A stretch of 64,000 bases of DNA from Octopus vulgaris (lineage: Eukaryota). A model generated the notes under the pieces. The model was given only the letters and a program-made list of their open reading frames with translations. It had not been told where the DNA came from and did not search any database. The translations under genes were made by a program, and so were the position numbers. Position 1 is the stretch's first letter. Each line of letters opens with the position of its first letter. The stretch is taken from the NCBI GenBank assembly GCA_951406725.2, contig OX597819.1:91574001-91638000 (forward strand), written 5' to 3'. Positions 1-13,699 of the stretch are shown in pieces.

Positions 1-356
1 ACTCTTTTTAGTTTTTACTTGTTTCAGTCATTTGACTGCGGTCATGCTGGAGCACTGCCTTTAGTCGAGTAAATCGACCCCAGGACTTATTCTTTGTAAG
101 CCTAGTACTTATTCTATTGGTCTCTTGCCAAACTGCTAAGTTACGGGGACAGAAACACACCAGCATTGGTTGTCAAGCGATGTTGGACACACACGATGGG
201 CTTCTTTCAGTTTCTGTCTACCAAATCCACTCACAAGGCTTTGGTCGGCCCAAGGCTATAGTAGAAGACACTTACCCTAGGTGCCATGCAGTGGGACTGA
301 ACCCGGAACCATGTGGTTCATAAGCAAGCTACTTACCACACAGCCACTCCTACGCC
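1..356 (-). mobile_element. tRNA-derived SINE (dominant family in the window)
   Basis: Minus strand reads GGCGTAGGAGTGGCTGTGTGG (A box), GGTTCAGTCC (B box), a CORE-like segment, a short TG tract and a GTAAAA tail; matches the copies at 13.2, 14.8 and 22.8 kb. Confidence 0.85.
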
Positions 357-1149
357 ATGTATACTAGTACTTTTGTAAGACATGCTACTGAATGGTCTGG
401 ACATGCAGTTGCATTTTGGTGCTGGATTTATGTTATTCCTATGTTCAATCCTGTTTCATTAAGCTATCAGGTTGACTTTGTTTTCCATACAACTATAGCA
501 ACTTTTTACCAGTGGAGAAATTTTTTCTCATGAACAAGGTTATGTCTAGTACATATCAGTATGGAAAAAGCAGACATAAAAATGATGAATGGTAAATTTT
601 TGATTATACTGCAAAGTTAAAGGATAGATTGAACCAGAAAATATTTCTTTTCTTGGTTTTCTTATGTACCTATACATCCATCCATTAACTCACATAACCT
701 GTTTCTCTTCAAATCTGCTTTTTATCATATTCTAAATATGTGGAGCGCAATTAAATACCTTTTTCTCAGAATTAATAAGTTATGTTCTTGTTGATATTAT
801 TGATTAAATTTTTTAATAATTTTGTAGGTGGATTATTTAGAATTTTCTGTTAATAGTATAGGTCTTTGTTTGACATTATCTCCTAATATAATAATGAGCG
901 TAGTGTTTTTATATATTTGTCCAGGATCACGCTGGATGTGGAAAAGGAGAGAAAATAGTAATTTAGTGAAGAAATAGTGAGAGTAATAGCCTTGACTGAG
1001 AGGGAGTGAGAGAAAGTAATAGCAATGAGAGAAAAGAAGGGGTGATAGATGACTAAGAGAAGGGGGTGAAAAAAAATCAGTATTTCAACTTTGTGAGTAG
1101 GTATGTGCGTAGGCATACAAGGGAAGTATGTGAATGTTTGTATGTGTGA

Positions 1150-1660
1150 TTATGTACCTTATTTATTTATAAAATACTACAATTAGCTGTCATTGAGGGC
1201 ATGTGGTCAGCTAGTGGAATTTTCTATGAGATATCTACTAAGTTGATGGTATTGATATTAATTTTAATAGGGTATTTTAGGTTAAATTTCATAAATGTTT
1301 CTAGAAGGCTCTCATTTAAATTTTTCTTGATCTGGTGGTTGTATATTTAATAGATATACTAGTTTGTCATCTCTCCAGATATGTGTACAGAGTTGAAATT
1401 ATTTCTGAGTATGGCTGGAATCTATAAAAGCCCCCCAACTTTCAAACATTTCACCCCACAACTACATGTACCACAAGCTGTTTAAAATTGTGAAAGGTGG
1501 CTATAGTTATTTGGAAAATATCGACACACTTATTGCTTGAGACATTAAGATTATTGCACACACTTTGGAGCTGTTCAAACCTACATCCATCTGTAAACTT
1601 TAGTAAGTATCTTAATATGCTGACTGCTCAATGGCACCAGTGTTTCTTCAGTAGGTGCTA
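1150..1660 (-). pseudogene. Possible highly decayed Penelope-like RT remnant
   Basis: Minus-strand RDDKLVY resembles the YRDDGL motif; many stops and frameshifts. Confidence 0.3.
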
Positions 1661-1757
1661 GTGTATCAAAAATGTACTGTATATGCTTGCAAAAAAAATG
1701 TTGATTTATATGTATGGAATTGTATTTTAATATGGTTTTCAATTTTAATGTTTTCAG

Positions 1758-1888
1758 TTATTGTGTGATGGATTCTTGGATTATCTCTGGAAAAAATTCA
1801 GCAATCCAAATACAGAACCAATTTTCCGAGTAACTTGCAGTTCTTATTTGGGAAGTTTCCTTGCTAGGTCAAAATACTTACCTGTCAG
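1758..1888 (+). CDS. RRN3: RRN3/TIF-IA (RNA Pol I initiation factor) internal exon; gene begins upstream of the window
   Basis: ttttcag acceptor and GT donor at 1889; LLCDGFLDYLWKKFSNPNTEPIFRVTCSSYLGSFLARSKYLPV matches the RRN3 FLxxLWKK...YIGSFLARAK segment; ends in phase 2. Confidence 0.92.
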
Positions 1889-2699
1889 GTTTGTTTCAGT
1901 TTCTTACATGTCTATATTTTGTGTGCAATTTTCACTACAAACACTTTGCTCTCATTTACTTTCTCTCTTTTGCTCATTAGAGGTGATCTGTAAAAGGCAC
2001 CCATGCTGGTGACACGTAAACAGCACCCAGTACACTCTGTAAAGTGGTCAGCGTTAGGAAGGGTATCCATTCTATAGAAACCAAGCCAAACAGATTGGTG
2101 TCTGATGCACATCTCTGGCTTACCAGTCCCAGCCAAACCGTCTAAACCATGCCATCATGGGAAATGCACATTAAATGATGATGAGGTGCAATTATCAATG
2201 GACTTTAAATGCCAGGAATAATTCAAAGAATCTATGGTTGAACCCTATATTTGGCTTTGTAGTGATCCTTTTGACCTAATGCATTATTCTACTTATTTGG
2301 ATCTCCACCTGAAAATGTATTCTGCCCTCTCTTCAGTGTTAGAAAGGGGATTTAGCTTTTATTTTTGTGTTGTTTAAATGCTCAAGGTCTTTAAAAAAAT
2401 TTTTTTTTTCTTTATAGATTCTGTGGGTGAAAATCTAGTTAGAATAAGAATTTTTAGTTTTTTTTTCAATCTATGCCCCTCTGTCTCTTTTCTAGAAGCT
2501 TGCTCGTTGCACTCTGAACATCTGTTGCACTTTCTATTCTTGTCACTGGTGCTGTGTTTATGTAACAATATCTAACCCTTCATTGTCAAATCTTCTACTT
2601 CGCCATATGTTGAATGCTTTCTTTAAATAACTTCAAAAAACAAAGGGCTCCCTGCAACTACAGACTAAACTTCTATTGGTTGGATGTGGTAAAATAAAT

Positions 2700-2930
2700 G
2701 CTACTGCTTTTTGATAAGATTAATTTCTGTTGTATTGGTGCTATTACCATACTTTTTCCAAATTAGCAATAGTACGAAGGATAAGAAAATGTAGTTAGGT
2801 GAAGAAAATGGTTCGGAAGAAATACCTTCCATCTTTGCAAAAGTTGGTCTATGAAACATTTACTGGAAGAATTATGAAGGCTAGTGGGAAATAAGTTGTG
2901 TATGATTAGCTGGAGAGTGAGTTGAACTTT
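2700..2930 (+). pseudogene. Decayed mariner transposase C-terminal remnant
   Basis: YHxF-like and W-N-K-x-V-like fragments in the expected order; heavily degenerate. Confidence 0.3.
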
Positions 2931-4270
2931 GACTATTAGTAAGAATATTTAATGTGAAAGGGTGATGGATGCGGGTTAAAAATGTATTATGTGCTGACGT
3001 TAGAAGCTGCTTATGGAAGAGGGACGTGGGAAAAAGTGGTAGGTCAAATGACGTCGATATACTTCATGATCGAACTCTCCCCCACCCATAAAAGCTATGT
3101 AATGAATGTTAAAGCGTTAATATCAATTGATGTTTAACATATTAATTTAATAAAAGACAAATGTAGGGGAGGTAATAGCCTGAGTGTAACATTTTTGACT
3201 ATTATGAATTAGCTCCCCTAATTTGAAGTGCCATCATTTATAAATTTTTAGGTGGTTAGAAACTTGAAACAGATTCTAGTTAATAGACTAAAGATAAAAT
3301 GCCAACTATTTGCATTTATGGCTAAGCATATTTTATCCTTGTTCATGGCATATTTGCCAGAGGACTCAATGCATGTAAGCTGTGGCCTAATTCTTCCAGT
3401 GTTGAGTCTACTTCACATTCCTCTCCAGATTGAATTACCCTTCTTTAGCCTCTGTGAGGAATCCTTACTTTACAACGGGGAATTAAGTGACACGAAAGAC
3501 CAGTACAAAACTAAGCATAACTTTCAGTAGTAACTATTATCAAAAGCTGTCATTGTTAATTCTGTCTTCCAAACTTATATGTTCAATAACATAATTGAGA
3601 GTGATTAACACAACTACACCCCATTGATATCTATTTCTTACAATCGTTATCATTTCATTTTGATATTTTGTATATATTTGTTTATTACATTTCTGAAATT
3701 TGTGAGTAGATTTGAGAGATGGAAACTGTAAAAAGCTCGTTATGTGTGTGTGTGGTGTACACACTCACACATCTGTGTGCACGTGTGTATTTGTTTCCTT
3801 GTCTTGGTATTGCATGATTGAGTGTCACTGTCATACAAGCTGTCATTTCCAATATTCTGCAAAGATATGACAGGCCATGGGGAGATATTACCTTGTTTGG
3901 AAACAGGATGGTTTGGTGACAGGAAGGGAATTTGACCATAAAAAAATATCTACCTCAATAAACTCTGTCCAACCTATACAAGCATGGAAAAGTGGATGAT
4001 ATGCAAATATACACACACACATACATACATACATATATATATATATATATGTGTATGTATGCACATACACTCATATATAATTATCATTTTATTCTATTTT
4101 TCCCTGCTTGTATGAATTGGGAAAGAATGTTTGGACAGTTCCTGTTACCAGCTGCCCCTTGTTTACAAGTGAGGTAATAATCTCTTGTTCTATTGAGCTA
4201 CAAACAGCTCAGACGTGCTTTTGTTTTGGGCTACAAACAAATGACACCACCAAGAAGCATTTGTGTACAT

Positions 4271-4636
4271 AGACGCAGGAGTGGGTGTGTGGTACGTAGC
4301 TTGCTTACCAACCACATGGTTCTGAGTTTAGTCCCATTGCATGGCAACTTGGGCAAGAGTCTTCTGCTATAGGCTTGAGCCGACGAAAGCCTTGAGGGTG
4401 GATTTGGTAAACAGAAACTGAAAGAAGCCCGTCGTGTGTGTATGTATATGTATATGTTTGTGTATGTGTTTGTCCCTCCAACATATCTTGACAACTGATG
4501 CTGGTGTGTTTACGTCCCTGTAACTTAGAATAAGAATAAATGTTAGGTTTACAAAGAATAAGTTCTGGGGTTACTTAGTTTGACTAAAGGTGGTACTCCA
4601 GCATGGCTGCAGTCAAATGACAAACAAGTAAAAGAG
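4271..4636 (+). mobile_element. tRNA-derived SINE copy
   Basis: Same head, internal microsatellite and tail as 1-356. Confidence 0.8.
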
Positions 4637-5149
4637 AAACCAATGAATGGGACACACACATGCACACAGATTCGTTCACATATACAAACAAATATATTCA
4701 CATGACAGGATTCTTTCAGTTTCTGTCTACCAAATCCACTTACAAAGTTTTTGTTGGCTTGTAGTTAGAAGACACTGGATCAAAGAGTCATTGGGGGACT
4801 GAACCTGACACCATGTGGTTTGGTTTGCACCTATGAAAAAAAAAAGTTTGAAAATATTAATGTCCTTCTGTTTTATTTTTGTGCAACTGTAAAAATGAAC
4901 TTTGCAAAAGTGCATGACAAAAAAAAAATCGAAAGTTATTGCTAATAATGGTCTCAAATTTTGTCTCAAGGTCAGCAATTTCGGGGGCGGGGTTAGTCGA
5001 TTACTGGTACTTATTTTATTGATCTGAAAGGATAAAAGGCAAAATCGATCCCTGTAGCATGTTACTACTGATTAAAACAGTACAAAAGTGATGTTAAACT
5101 CTCACAAATGATGCAAGGGAGACAACTTATATTGCAAGTTATCTTCTGT

Positions 5150-6000
5150 TTGATATTAATTACCTAAATGATCATATCTGTCCTGCATCCGGAATTTCAT
5201 GCAGTGACTATAGTGACTGATAAAGTTCGACTTATTCAAATCGTTCATGTTTTAGACCAAAGTGACCATTTTATTGGCGAGGCAAGAAGGACAAACACAA
5301 TTTACAAAATTGATGTGAGTGTAAGTGATGTCAAGTGAAAAATGAACCACTATTTTAAAAGTGGTGAACATTGTCCTTCAGAGAACAGACATACGTGACT
5401 ATAGCAGTGCTGCATCTTACATTGTTGGTAATTTTCTTTCTAAATTACATTGTTCCATGCTGTCCCATTGAGAAAAAGGCCACTTTGTTCCTTCACCCAA
5501 ATGGTGTGAATGAAATCTAAATTTGGTAGTCATTGCTGACATTACACAAAATTCTTACTGCAATATTTTATACATGTAGCTTTGTTTATCATTAATTCCT
5601 TCATCACCGATCTGGGATAACATAGTATGCTCCAATTGTGAACTATGTTTTGCTTGTCATAGATTGATCTGTCATGACACGGGTTGGCAAGTTGTCAAAG
5701 GTTATACTTGTACTGCATGAAACATACTCCAGAGACCATTCACAATGCTCACCTACTCAGAATGCACAAACTTTTGCTTGTATTTAGATGACTGTTCTGC
5801 AAGGTTGTGTATCTTTCATAAAGATTTATATAATTGCACCCATCAACATGGGTACAAGTACATAAATGAAAGATACCTGCTCCTAACAAATGATACAAAT
5901 AAGTGTATTCTACCTAGAAGAAAATGTAGAGATGATCAAAAGTATGTGATAGTGGAAGCTTTGGTTGGTGTCAATGAATCTACCTACCAGTCATTCCATT
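5150..6000 (-). pseudogene. Decayed Tc1-like transposase remnant
   Basis: Minus-strand fragments resembling VMVWGMF and PDLNPIEHLW (PNLDFIHTIW). Confidence 0.35.
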
Positions 6001-6392
6001 TTGAAAGTGCATGGAATTGATTCATTTATCACTGATTTATTTATAACTGTATTTTAGGAAACAAAACCTCATAAAGAAGGAGCATAGAATGGGACTTTTT
6101 CATATATAATAGGTTTCATTTTTACAAATACAGACCCCCATCCCCCGTACTTGCTCCAGGAGCCACACAGTGGGACGAAACCCAAAAGCATGTGCCTGTA
6201 AAGTGAGCTCCTTAACTACACATCCAGCCATGCCTATACACATGCACATGTACACATACACACACACACACACTCTGTTGATTTCTGTTCAGTTTCCGTG
6301 CACAAAATTTCATTCATAAGCCATTAGTCAATCAGATTCTGATAATGAAAAAGTATTGTTATTTTCAGTATTTTCTTTATCTTCTATTTCAG

Positions 6393-6574
6393 TTCTTTAT
6401 TAGTATGCCTTGAGGTATTCTGTCAGTGGATTCACGACTACATTGATATGGCTAGTAACAATAAAGACAAGAAACCAGCATTTCTTAAAAACCACGAACC
6501 ATTTTATTATTTATGCCAAGCTGTATTTTATGTATTTGTCTTCCGAGTTCGTGACATTCTCGATTCTGAAAAAG
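6393..6574 (+). CDS. RRN3: RRN3 internal exon
   Basis: tttcag/GTAAGA; SSLLVCLEVFCQWIHDYID...NHEPFYYLCQAVFYVFVFR matches RRN3 HGPFYSACQAVFYTFVFR; 182 bp, phase 2 to 1; absent from the ORF track in this frame. Confidence 0.93.
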
Positions 6575-7948
6575 GTAAGAATAATGAACTGCTTTTCTAT
6601 TATATCTATTATTTCTATTAACACTTCATTTGTCATAGTATAATTATAAATGTATAATACAGACAAAGTAATATTTTGAATGCAGTATAGCTGTGAAAAC
6701 AACAGAAAAATTGGGTATTGTACCCTTATAAGATGTCAAAAGCTGCCAGCAGGCAGCCATTGGACTTGAGCCTGCACCCTTCAGATGCTGGCTGAGTACT
6801 CTACCATTAAACTGAACTGTCCACTGACAATCTCCATCAAATTAAATTCTAAATATAGCATTTTTGGAATGCAACAACATATGTAAACAAACTTTTTTGT
6901 GTTTTGGGAAGCATTGAACGTGTTTCATATTATACAGACAAAACGTTTTCTGTCTTAAAAGGGTATAATAACCAGTCATTTTGCTGCTTTCACAGCTATA
7001 CTACATTTGAAATATTACTTTCTTGTTTGTATAATACGAAACACATTTGGCACTTCCAAAAACAAAAAAAAAATTGTTCATGTATGTTGATTATGTGTTT
7101 AGTGTATGATATATATGTACATAAGTATGATATTATACGTATATATCTATCTCTTTATCATCATTGACTATAATGCCAATTAGACATAGTGAATTTGTAA
7201 AGTGGTGATATTTAGGTAGAGGTTGGCTTGTGTGATTTGTGAAGTTTACTTCACAATTACTGGGTTTTGGGTTCAGTCCTCCTGGGTCAACCGAAGCTAT
7301 GTGAGTGGATGTGGTAAGTGGAAACTGAAGGAAACCTACAGTACATCCTCCTTCACATATATGTAATGTATGTGTGTGTGTCTGTGTGAAACTGAAGATT
7401 TGGAATAAGAGATCCTTTACTTGAAAAACTGGTAAGGGTTAGCAACATGAAGAAGACATTCTTCTGTAAAACAGTACCTTAATATATTCCACCTAACCCA
7501 TGCTAGCATGGTAAAATGGCTGTAAAACAAATGAAAGAATGATCATTGTCCTCATTTTACATTTGTTTTCCATGTTAGTAGAGATCAAGCAGGTCATTAA
7601 AGTTTGAGTTAGTTCTTAATCTGAATTACTGCTCTCCTAGACAGGTTAGAAAACCATTTCCCATTCCTCTGGTGCCTGGCTCATTAAGCAGAGCAGAGAA
7701 ATATGTTCAAAAGATTGGTTAAGTTTTATATTTTTGTTTGCTTTCATTTTATGCTTACAAAGTTAATCAGTACCACAACAAAATAACCCAGTCCTTGTGA
7801 TGTGGTGTTTCATATGCCTGAGTGGCTGAGAACTATGCCTGCAGAATGCAAGTTCCTGGTTGGGCTGTCTGTGCTGGACAGGTCAAAGATAGAGGGCAGA
7901 TTAATAAGGATCACTCCTTCCCAGAGGTAAAAATGGGTTTGCGTAGGG

Positions 7949-8365
7949 CAGTGGCCCTTAAACATTTTTTTGTAGCTCCCACTCTTTAAGTAGTTATGTC
8001 TAGTACACACCTAAGTGGCAAATGAAGTATCATGACTAAATTAACTTAACAATGATGATAATTTATAAATTCTACTCTAAAAATGGATTGTATAAGCTTT
8101 TAACAGTGAAATGATAAAAAAACTGATAAAGACAAAAGTTGTAAATTTACTTTATACATTATAAGTTAATGACTTCCTGTGCCTAATGAGATCCCATTTT
8201 ATTTTAATAACCATTACTAGTTTTTTTATTGTGTATATAATTACTACTTTAGGTAAAATTTAGTATGTTAATTATGTTACCTCACTGCCCCATAAAGTCT
8301 TAATGATCCCTCTGATATGCCTAGTGCCCCCTTGAGGGTTGCATTGCTCATGTTGAGAACTTCTG
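7949..8365. mobile_element. hAT-type MITE
   Basis: Ends CAGTGGCCCTTAAAC and GTTGAGAACTTCTG, flanked by an 8-bp TSD gcgtaggg / gtgtaggg. Confidence 0.65.
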
Positions 8366-8838
8366 GTGTAGGGTCATGAGGAAGACCTAAAACCAGATTT
8401 AGCGATAAAATCAAAGAACTAGTCGCAGAGGTTTTGCAGAACTGTGCAGACTGGCACAGGAAAGAGATAGGTGGAGGGCTATAGAGGCTTGATTATTTGA
8501 GCTTTCCATCTGGAGATCCACACACATGCACATGGGTTTCTTGCAGTTTCCATCTTCCAAGACAACTCACAGAGCTTTGATCTGCCCAAGGCTTTAGTAG
8601 AAGACACTTGCTGGGAACTGAATTCAGGACATGTTGTTGGAAATCAAAGTTCCCAACTATACAACCACCCCAATTTATATAAAATAAATTGTTGTTTATG
8701 TATTGTTTTTTATGATGTTTATCTTATTTTTCTATCACTGAAAGTCTTGCATGTGAAACAAAGAAGTGGTTTTGTGTGGTGCTTATTTTTTTAATATTTT
8801 TGTCCCCGTTCTAATAATTTTGTTTTATTATCTTTCAG

Positions 8839-8947
8839 CCATTAGAAGAGCTCTTAGTTGGAATTTTCAACGTATCATCACCTGCTATTTAAATCCTTTG
8901 AAATTTTGTATGCCTCAGCTAGTGAACAAGTTTGCTTCAATAACTGA
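8839..8947 (+). CDS. RRN3: RRN3 internal exon
   Basis: tttcag/GTATGT; AIRRALSWNFQRIITCYLNPLKFCMPQLVNKFASIT matches RRN3 LNFERIVMSQLNPLKICLPSVVNFFAAIT; phase 1 to 2. Confidence 0.93.
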
Positions 8948-9747
8948 GTATGTAAACTCTTTTTTTTTTATGTATAATCTTTTTTTTTTATTATAGAATG
9001 TTTCCATTTCTTTCCTTTGAGAAAAGCAAGCAACATTGTTATTATAATTGTTTTTTTATTATAATTCATTATGCTTTGTTATCCATTTTGGTGAGGACAA
9101 ACAATTCAAAAACTTAACTACACCTCATTATCATTGTTTTAACATCCACTTTTCCATGCTTGCATAAGTTGGACCCATCAGTAGGAATGTTATCATTGGC
9201 TGAGCTTGCTTTGATACTCAACTAGATTGTTACAGAAATAAGAATTTGAATCATCTTTTCATGTCCATTATTCAGTACATACTGCAGTAATTTCTTCCCA
9301 GTCATCATCCAGAAGCATTGCTTTGAAATTGGACCCTGTCCATACCAGATTCTTAAATTTTCTCATTTTTTTTCTTTTTCATTCCTCTCAGTATATAAAC
9401 TGAGGTACAGAAAATTTTGTCACCCCAATTCTCCCAGAGTGAAAAACTTTTTAAAGCCCTAAATTTATTGCTGTTGTCCTTACTTCAAAAATGAATATTG
9501 GTTATTACAATTACCCATGTCTCATAGGTAAACTCAAACAACTGACAAATGATGCGTATCATCTTGCTTGACAGCTTAAGAGAAACAAAACAACTGTAGT
9601 AGTGTATTGAATGTATGCTATTGACTTTATATCATCATATAATTACCCCTTATAATACTTCTTACCATTTCCTTCTCCCTTCATCAATCACACAGGATTA
9701 CATGTATGTTAGAGCAACACTCCACCTCTGTCTCTCTTTTGTAAAGA

Positions 9748-9900
9748 AAGTTGTTACTCTTGATATTAGCAAAGCTCTTGGTCGCATCTAGCTATAGAAC
9801 CTTCTGGTTGAACTATTTGCTGTTGCTCAAATCCTTGGTACTAGTCAGCTGGCTCAGAAGTTTTCTGACATTTGTGCTAAAGCATCAAGGGTTTTAACTA
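9748..9900 (+). pseudogene. CR1/Jockey-type RT remnant
   Basis: VVTLDISKALGRI resembles VALDISKAFDRV. Confidence 0.45.
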
Positions 9901-11419
9901 TTAACCTGCTTAGTATACTAATGTCACTTCAAAATATACCCAACCCACAAAGCGCTGTATGTTCCTCCTCATTTTGTCGAGGCTTTATCCATATGCAGCC
10001 ATGAGCTAAGGAGGGAATGTATGATAGCTTGACCTTCTTGAAATAGTAATCAACACCCACACCCTATTTTTTTACCCAGGTTCTACACTCATATTCTTGT
10101 TACTTGTGAGTATACCCTAGCACTACACCGTCTCTCTTCTGCTCTCTCTTCCATTTTTGTTGTTTCCTACTCTCTCTCTCTTGCCTTTGATCACTCTCTC
10201 TCTCCTCTTGTTTTTCCTCTGACTAGGTAACTGTCTCCTTTACATCACACTTGTTTCTGGCCTCTTTCTTGTACATCTCTTTCACTCCCTGTCTCTTTTC
10301 TCTCTCTCTCTTACTGGGTAACCATGTACCTCCTCTATAGCAAGACATTTATTTCTGCCTAGCTATTTCTGTTTCACTCTAACCTTTCATCATCTGATGC
10401 CTCTCTGTTGTGGTCAGACACCTACTTCTGTCTTTGTCACACTCTAACCTTTCATCCTCTGACACAAGTTCCCCTCCTCAAATGCCCTGTTCCTCTCATA
10501 ATTCCTTGTCTTGTGAGTTACTTGGTTACCCTGCCAGTGCTGGTGCCACATTAAAAGCTGGCACCATGTTAAAAGGCCACGCTAATGTGGTTGGTGTTTG
10601 AAACGGCATCCATCTATAAAAATCATGGTGAAACTAATCTTGCCTGTGCTAGTGCCATGTAAAAAGTACCGAGTCCACTCTGTGGAGTGGTTGGTGTTAG
10701 GAAATCTTGCTGAAACAGACACAGTAGCCTAGGGTAGTTTTTCTACCTGGCCAGCTCCTGTCAATCGTCCTACCCATGCATGCATGAAGGATGATGATGA
10801 TGATCTTCCTCTTCCTTTCCATCTGAAGAAAAAGTTACATTGGCTAATGTAGTGCCTCATTTATAAAAAGACAAGATGGTCATGGCTTAGATGCCTTTTC
10901 TTGATCTGCTTGATCAGAGATAACTTAATGGCTAAACGGTATGGAAGCATAATGATTCCTGACATGTCTGCACATTCTTTTAAAAAGAATACTTTAAGCC
11001 TTCAGATGACCGAAGTAATCCTGCATGATCTTGTAGCTTTGGGATTTCAATGATGCGATTAGTTATTTTTAGAATGGTATGGTGAGAGGCAGATGTGGCT
11101 AGTTTGAGCACAAGATGAGTAGAACATTTGGGCTGGATATGGCTAGTTTTAATGCTAAAGGGTTAAAAACTTTCTGCAATAAGGACCTAACTTAATCTTA
11201 TTCAACTGCACCAAAGCTTGGCCATTGCGCATCTCAAGTAAACAAACTCGTAACATTATTATACACTGATATATTTGGGGAAGTGCTTGTCATAGTCATT
11301 ACTATTTTCAGAATTTCAAATCCTTCATTAAAACCTAGATTTCTCTCATTCTGTTATTCATACAAGGGATGTGATGTCACTAGATTGTTATGCTTCAGTT
11401 AGACTGTGTATACATATAT

Positions 11420-12560
11420 ATCATCATCATTGTTTAACGTCCGTTTTCCATGCTAGCATGGATTGGACAGTTTGACTGAGGTCTGGAGAACCAGATGGTT
11501 GCACCAGGCTCCAATCTGATCTGGCAATGTTTCTACAGCTGGATGCCCTTTTTAACGTCAACCACTCCGAGAGTGTAGTGGGTGCTTTTTACGTGCCACC
11601 AGCACAGGAGCCAGTCAAGCGGACCTGGCATTGATCATGTTTGATAGTGCATTTTACATGCCACTGCGACCAGTTAGGAGGTACTGGCATTGGCCTTGTT
11701 CGGATGGCGCTTTTTACATGCCACCTGCATGGGGGCCAGTCACATTCGGATATTGCTTTTTACGTGCCACCAGAACATGAGCCAGTCAGGGTGCACTGGC
11801 TACAGCTATGATTTGGTTTTTCTTGACACAGCAGGTTTTCTCAAGCATATCATATTGCCTGATGTATCAGGGGTACCCTTAAATGGGCTGGCATTGCAAC
11901 ACTGGCATCAGCCATGGCTGCGATCTCACTTTAGTTGCCAGGTCTTCTCAGTCACAGCATATTTCCACCAAAGGTCTTGGTCTCCTGTCATTTCCTCTGT
12001 GAGGCCCAATGTTCAAAAGTCATGCTTCACCACCTCATCCTATGTCTTCCTGGGTCTACCTCTTCCACAGTTAGAGAGTGGCACTTCCTCACACAATCGT
12101 ACTCATCCATACGTAACACATGACCATACCAGTGCAGTTGTCTCTCTTGCATACCAAATTTGAGGCTTCTTATGCTCAACTTTTCTCCCAGGGCGCTTAC
12201 ACTCTGTCGTGTATGCACGCTGACATTACACATCCAGCAGATCATACTAGCTTCATTTCTTTGAAGCCTATGCATGGAAGATACCGGGTTGCTGTTTGAC
12301 ATGCCCATTAAAATCTTCAGTCACAAAGATGAGATCATTGTTACTCATCTTTGAAGTAGCCTGCAGAAGAATATCATAAAAGTGATCCTCCTGTTCATGT
12401 GATAGTCCTGCTTGTGGGGTATAGGCAGAGATATTTATAGCTATACCATTCTGCAAGACTAGCCTGAGTTTAAGTACTCTATCGCACACCCTCACTACCT
12501 CTATGACCTTATTTGCCCACACTCCCTATTCATCACTATTACCTTCCCAGAAGAGTTTAT
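11420..12560 (-). mobile_element. RTE-clade LINE, internally deleted (APE fused to C-terminus and 3' UTR)
   Basis: APE motifs ISAYTPQAG and DFNGHV joined near 12270 to RQLHWYGHVLRM and GRPRKT; 3' UTR with repeated GGCACGTAAAAAGCACC and a (GAT)n tail. Confidence 0.8.
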
Positions 12561-13197
12561 ACCTATGTGCAACGTTATATATAATTATTTATATTTGTGA
12601 TACACCATGCCTCTCTTTTGCTGGGCTCAAATCTCATTTGTGGACCTATGAAAAACTAAGCTCCACCAACTACTTCACCTATCTATCTTTGCATACCTGT
12701 CAATGCTGTGAGCTCTGCAAGTCTGAGACCTCAAAAGATATTTTAAGATCTACAAAAGTCAGAATTGCAGCTGTTGATGTGCCAAAGCAGATATACAATT
12801 AATGTGGGTGTCTTTTCAAAACGTTGTCTAAAAAGCCAAATCAGACGCAATGATAAATCTAAGGTGGTCAGCAAAAGAGACTAATAGAATGAGTACAAGG
12901 CTTAAAAAGAAAAAAAAAGGCCTTGAGGTTGATTTGGCTGCATTCAAATGTCTGGAACAAGTACAGGAAGATAAAAGAAGATAGACATTTAATTTATGGT
13001 TTAAAATCAGTAGTTGGCATTAAGCAGCTTTTCTTGATCTTGGAGGTAAAAAACAAAATAACCAGTGCTACAATTGGGATTAATTGACACTGATATTTGG
13101 AAAGTCATGTTAGTATATTTTTCAGTATATGCCATTGATAAAAGCTATAACACTAAAAATTTCAATATCAGAATAAGTTAAATATGTAATTTTTTCA

Positions 13198-13586
13198 GTA
13201 TAGGAGTGACTGTGTGGTAAGTAGCTTGCTTACGAACCACATAGTTCCGGGTTCAGTCCCACTGCGTGGCTCCTTGAGCAAGTGTCTTCTACTATAGCCT
13301 CGGGCCGACCAAGGTCTTGTGAGTGGATTTGGTAGACGGAAACTGAAAGAAGCCCGTCGTATATATATATATGTTTGTGTGTCTGTGTTTGTCTCCCTAA
13401 CATCGCTTGACAACCAATGCTGGTGTGTTTATGTCCCTGTAGAATTAGCGGTTCGGCAAAAGAGACCTATAGAATAAGTACTAGGCTTACAAAGGATAAG
13501 TCCTGGGGTTGATTTGCTTGACTAAAGGCGGTGCTCCAGCATGGCCACAGTCAAAATGACTGAAACAAGTAAAAGAGTAAAAGAGT
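13198..13586 (+). mobile_element. tRNA-derived SINE, near full length
   Basis: A/B boxes, CCTTGAGCAAGTG, (TA)n, AATAAGTACTAGG and TGGGGTTGAT block, GTAAAAGA tail. Confidence 0.85.
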
Positions 13587-13699
13587 GTTGTCAGTTGTTC
13601 CAGTAGATATAAAATATAAAAAAGGTGGTTGAAAATAAACTTCGTAGTTTAGAATGTTTAAATGATGATGAAGATGATGGGAATAGGCAGTTTATGTGC

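Noticed and set aside
3163-3220. Short inverted repeat TAGGGGAG..CTCCCCTA
   Set aside because: Too short and single-copy here to distinguish from chance or a tiny MITE relic
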